A stretch of DNA of 64,000 bases, from contig CAKJXZ020000024.1 of assembly GCA_918234285.1 (NCBI GenBank), positions 20,354 to 84,353 on the forward strand. The letters run 5' to 3'. The stretch comes from Pseudomonadota bacterium (GTDB lineage: Bacteria; Pseudomonadota; Alphaproteobacteria; RF32; CAG-239). A program made the position numbers and the translations under genes. Under the pieces are notes generated by a model. It worked only from the letters and a program-made list of their open reading frames with translations. It had not been told where the DNA came from and did not search any database. Below are positions 63,049-64,000 of this stretch, one piece after another. Every line of letters starts with the position of its first letter. The stretch's first letter is position 1.

Positions 63049-64000
63049 TTACTTCTTACCCTTGTAAGTAGCGAACTTTTTACCGTCGCGGTAAATTGTC
63101 AACACACTCTTATCACTATTCAGCTCTACCGATATCTTGTCGGTGAAGACAGTCGGATGTCCGCCGGACGTATGACCGTCATCCCAACCCCACATGGTAG
63201 CGGTTGAATAGATGAGAATACCCATGGTCTCGCCATTTGCATCTCTCCAAGCCATGTGCTTCGACTCGTCACTGGCGATGGCATTATGCCAAGTACCGTT
63301 GATGTAGTAAGCACCATTCAGATTCGAATTTGTAGACGAAGTCTTGTAGCCGAGGTTGATTGCATCCGGAGCACTTGCATTCTGACGAATCAGAATGGGG
63401 AAAGTACCGTCGGTACAATGTACGCTCACTGCATACATCCAAGTCTTGTGATTCTCATCCATGGTAGCAGTTACCTTCGCGCCGGTGAACTTGACATTGA
63501 TGTCAGGATTCCAAGGAGTAGCTACCGTAATCTTACCGGGAGCCGATGAGTTGAACGTGTTAGAACCGTAGGAAACCGAAATGTTGTCGGTATAACCGTA
63601 AACTGTTTCGGTATCGGTCGAACTTGCCTTCTTCACATTGGCACCGGTTTCGGTGGCATTGAAGTTGATTGTTCCGAAGTCATGTGTCTTACCTTCGCGG
63701 CTGTACACAATCTTGTTCGGATCAACCGACTGCCACTTGTTCTCCTGGCTGGAGCCCTTCAAACGAGCTGTGGTGCTGATGTTTCGGGTTTCCTTAACAT
63801 AGCTCCAGTTGCCGTCTGTCTTACTCTCAGAACCGGAGAGGTTCACGCTAGCTGCGGATGTGGACTGCGTGTTATCATCCTCCTTTGACGACCAGTTGGT
63901 CAGAACGCGGAAGCTGCGCGGGAACGACTTGTTCACTGCCTCAGTCTTCTTGGTTCCGTCAGAATACTTGGTAACCCATGTCAGAGACGTGGTCACATCA
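63049..64000 (-). CDS. Ser/Thr-rich beta-strand protein, probable surface protein (5' end outside window)
   Basis: Frame stays open to the window edge; S/T/N-rich with alternating aromatic residues. Confidence 0.65.
   Translation of the reverse strand, partial: DVTTSLTWVTKYSDGTKKTEAVNKSFPRSFRVLTNWSSKEDDNTQSTSAASVNLSGSESKTDGNWSYVKETRNISTTARLKGSSQENKWQSVDPNKIVYSREGKTHDFGTINFNATETGANVKKASSTDTETVYGYTDNISVSYGSNTFNSSAPGKITVATPWNPDINVKFTGAKVTATMDENHKTWMYAVSVHCTDGTFPILIRQNASAPDAINLGYKTSSTNSNLNGAYYINGTWHNAIASDESKHMAWRDANGETMGILIYSTATMWGWDDGHTSGGHPTVFTDKISVELNSDKSVLTIYRDGKKFATYKGKK

Overview
64 kb of an alphaproteobacterial chromosome, most likely near the origin. It carries mnmG-rsmG-parA-parB with two perfect parS palindromes, rluD-rpoH, fzlA, a split F0 atp operon, xerD, addBA-trxA and TTAA-N7-TTAAC CtrA-like boxes. 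Compact gene order, loss of usual neighbours (smc, aroB, hemW), a divergent membrane pyrophosphatase and a 'GRSMIEMLGVL' prepilin suggest a streamlined, probably gut-associated RF32-like lineage (inference). Most of the window is housekeeping. Two accessory regions stand out. (1) 53.0-56.6 kb is an AT-rich array with the architecture of a polymorphic toxin system: a full-length gene (unrecognised N-terminal domain, Q/N linker, T4-lysozyme-like C-terminus), a secreted Cys-rich putative immunity gene, a start-less orphan cassette sharing a 94-bp in-frame direct repeat with the full-length gene, a 4-TM putative immunity gene and a third linker remnant. (2) 12.7-20.2 kb is a stand-alone VirD4/TraG coupling ATPase preceded by four unknown genes, with several large hypothetical proteins in the window ending in basic C-terminal tails reminiscent of T4SS substrates. 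No rRNA, tRNA, CRISPR array or transposase was recognised. All calls are from motif reading by eye; no searches were run.
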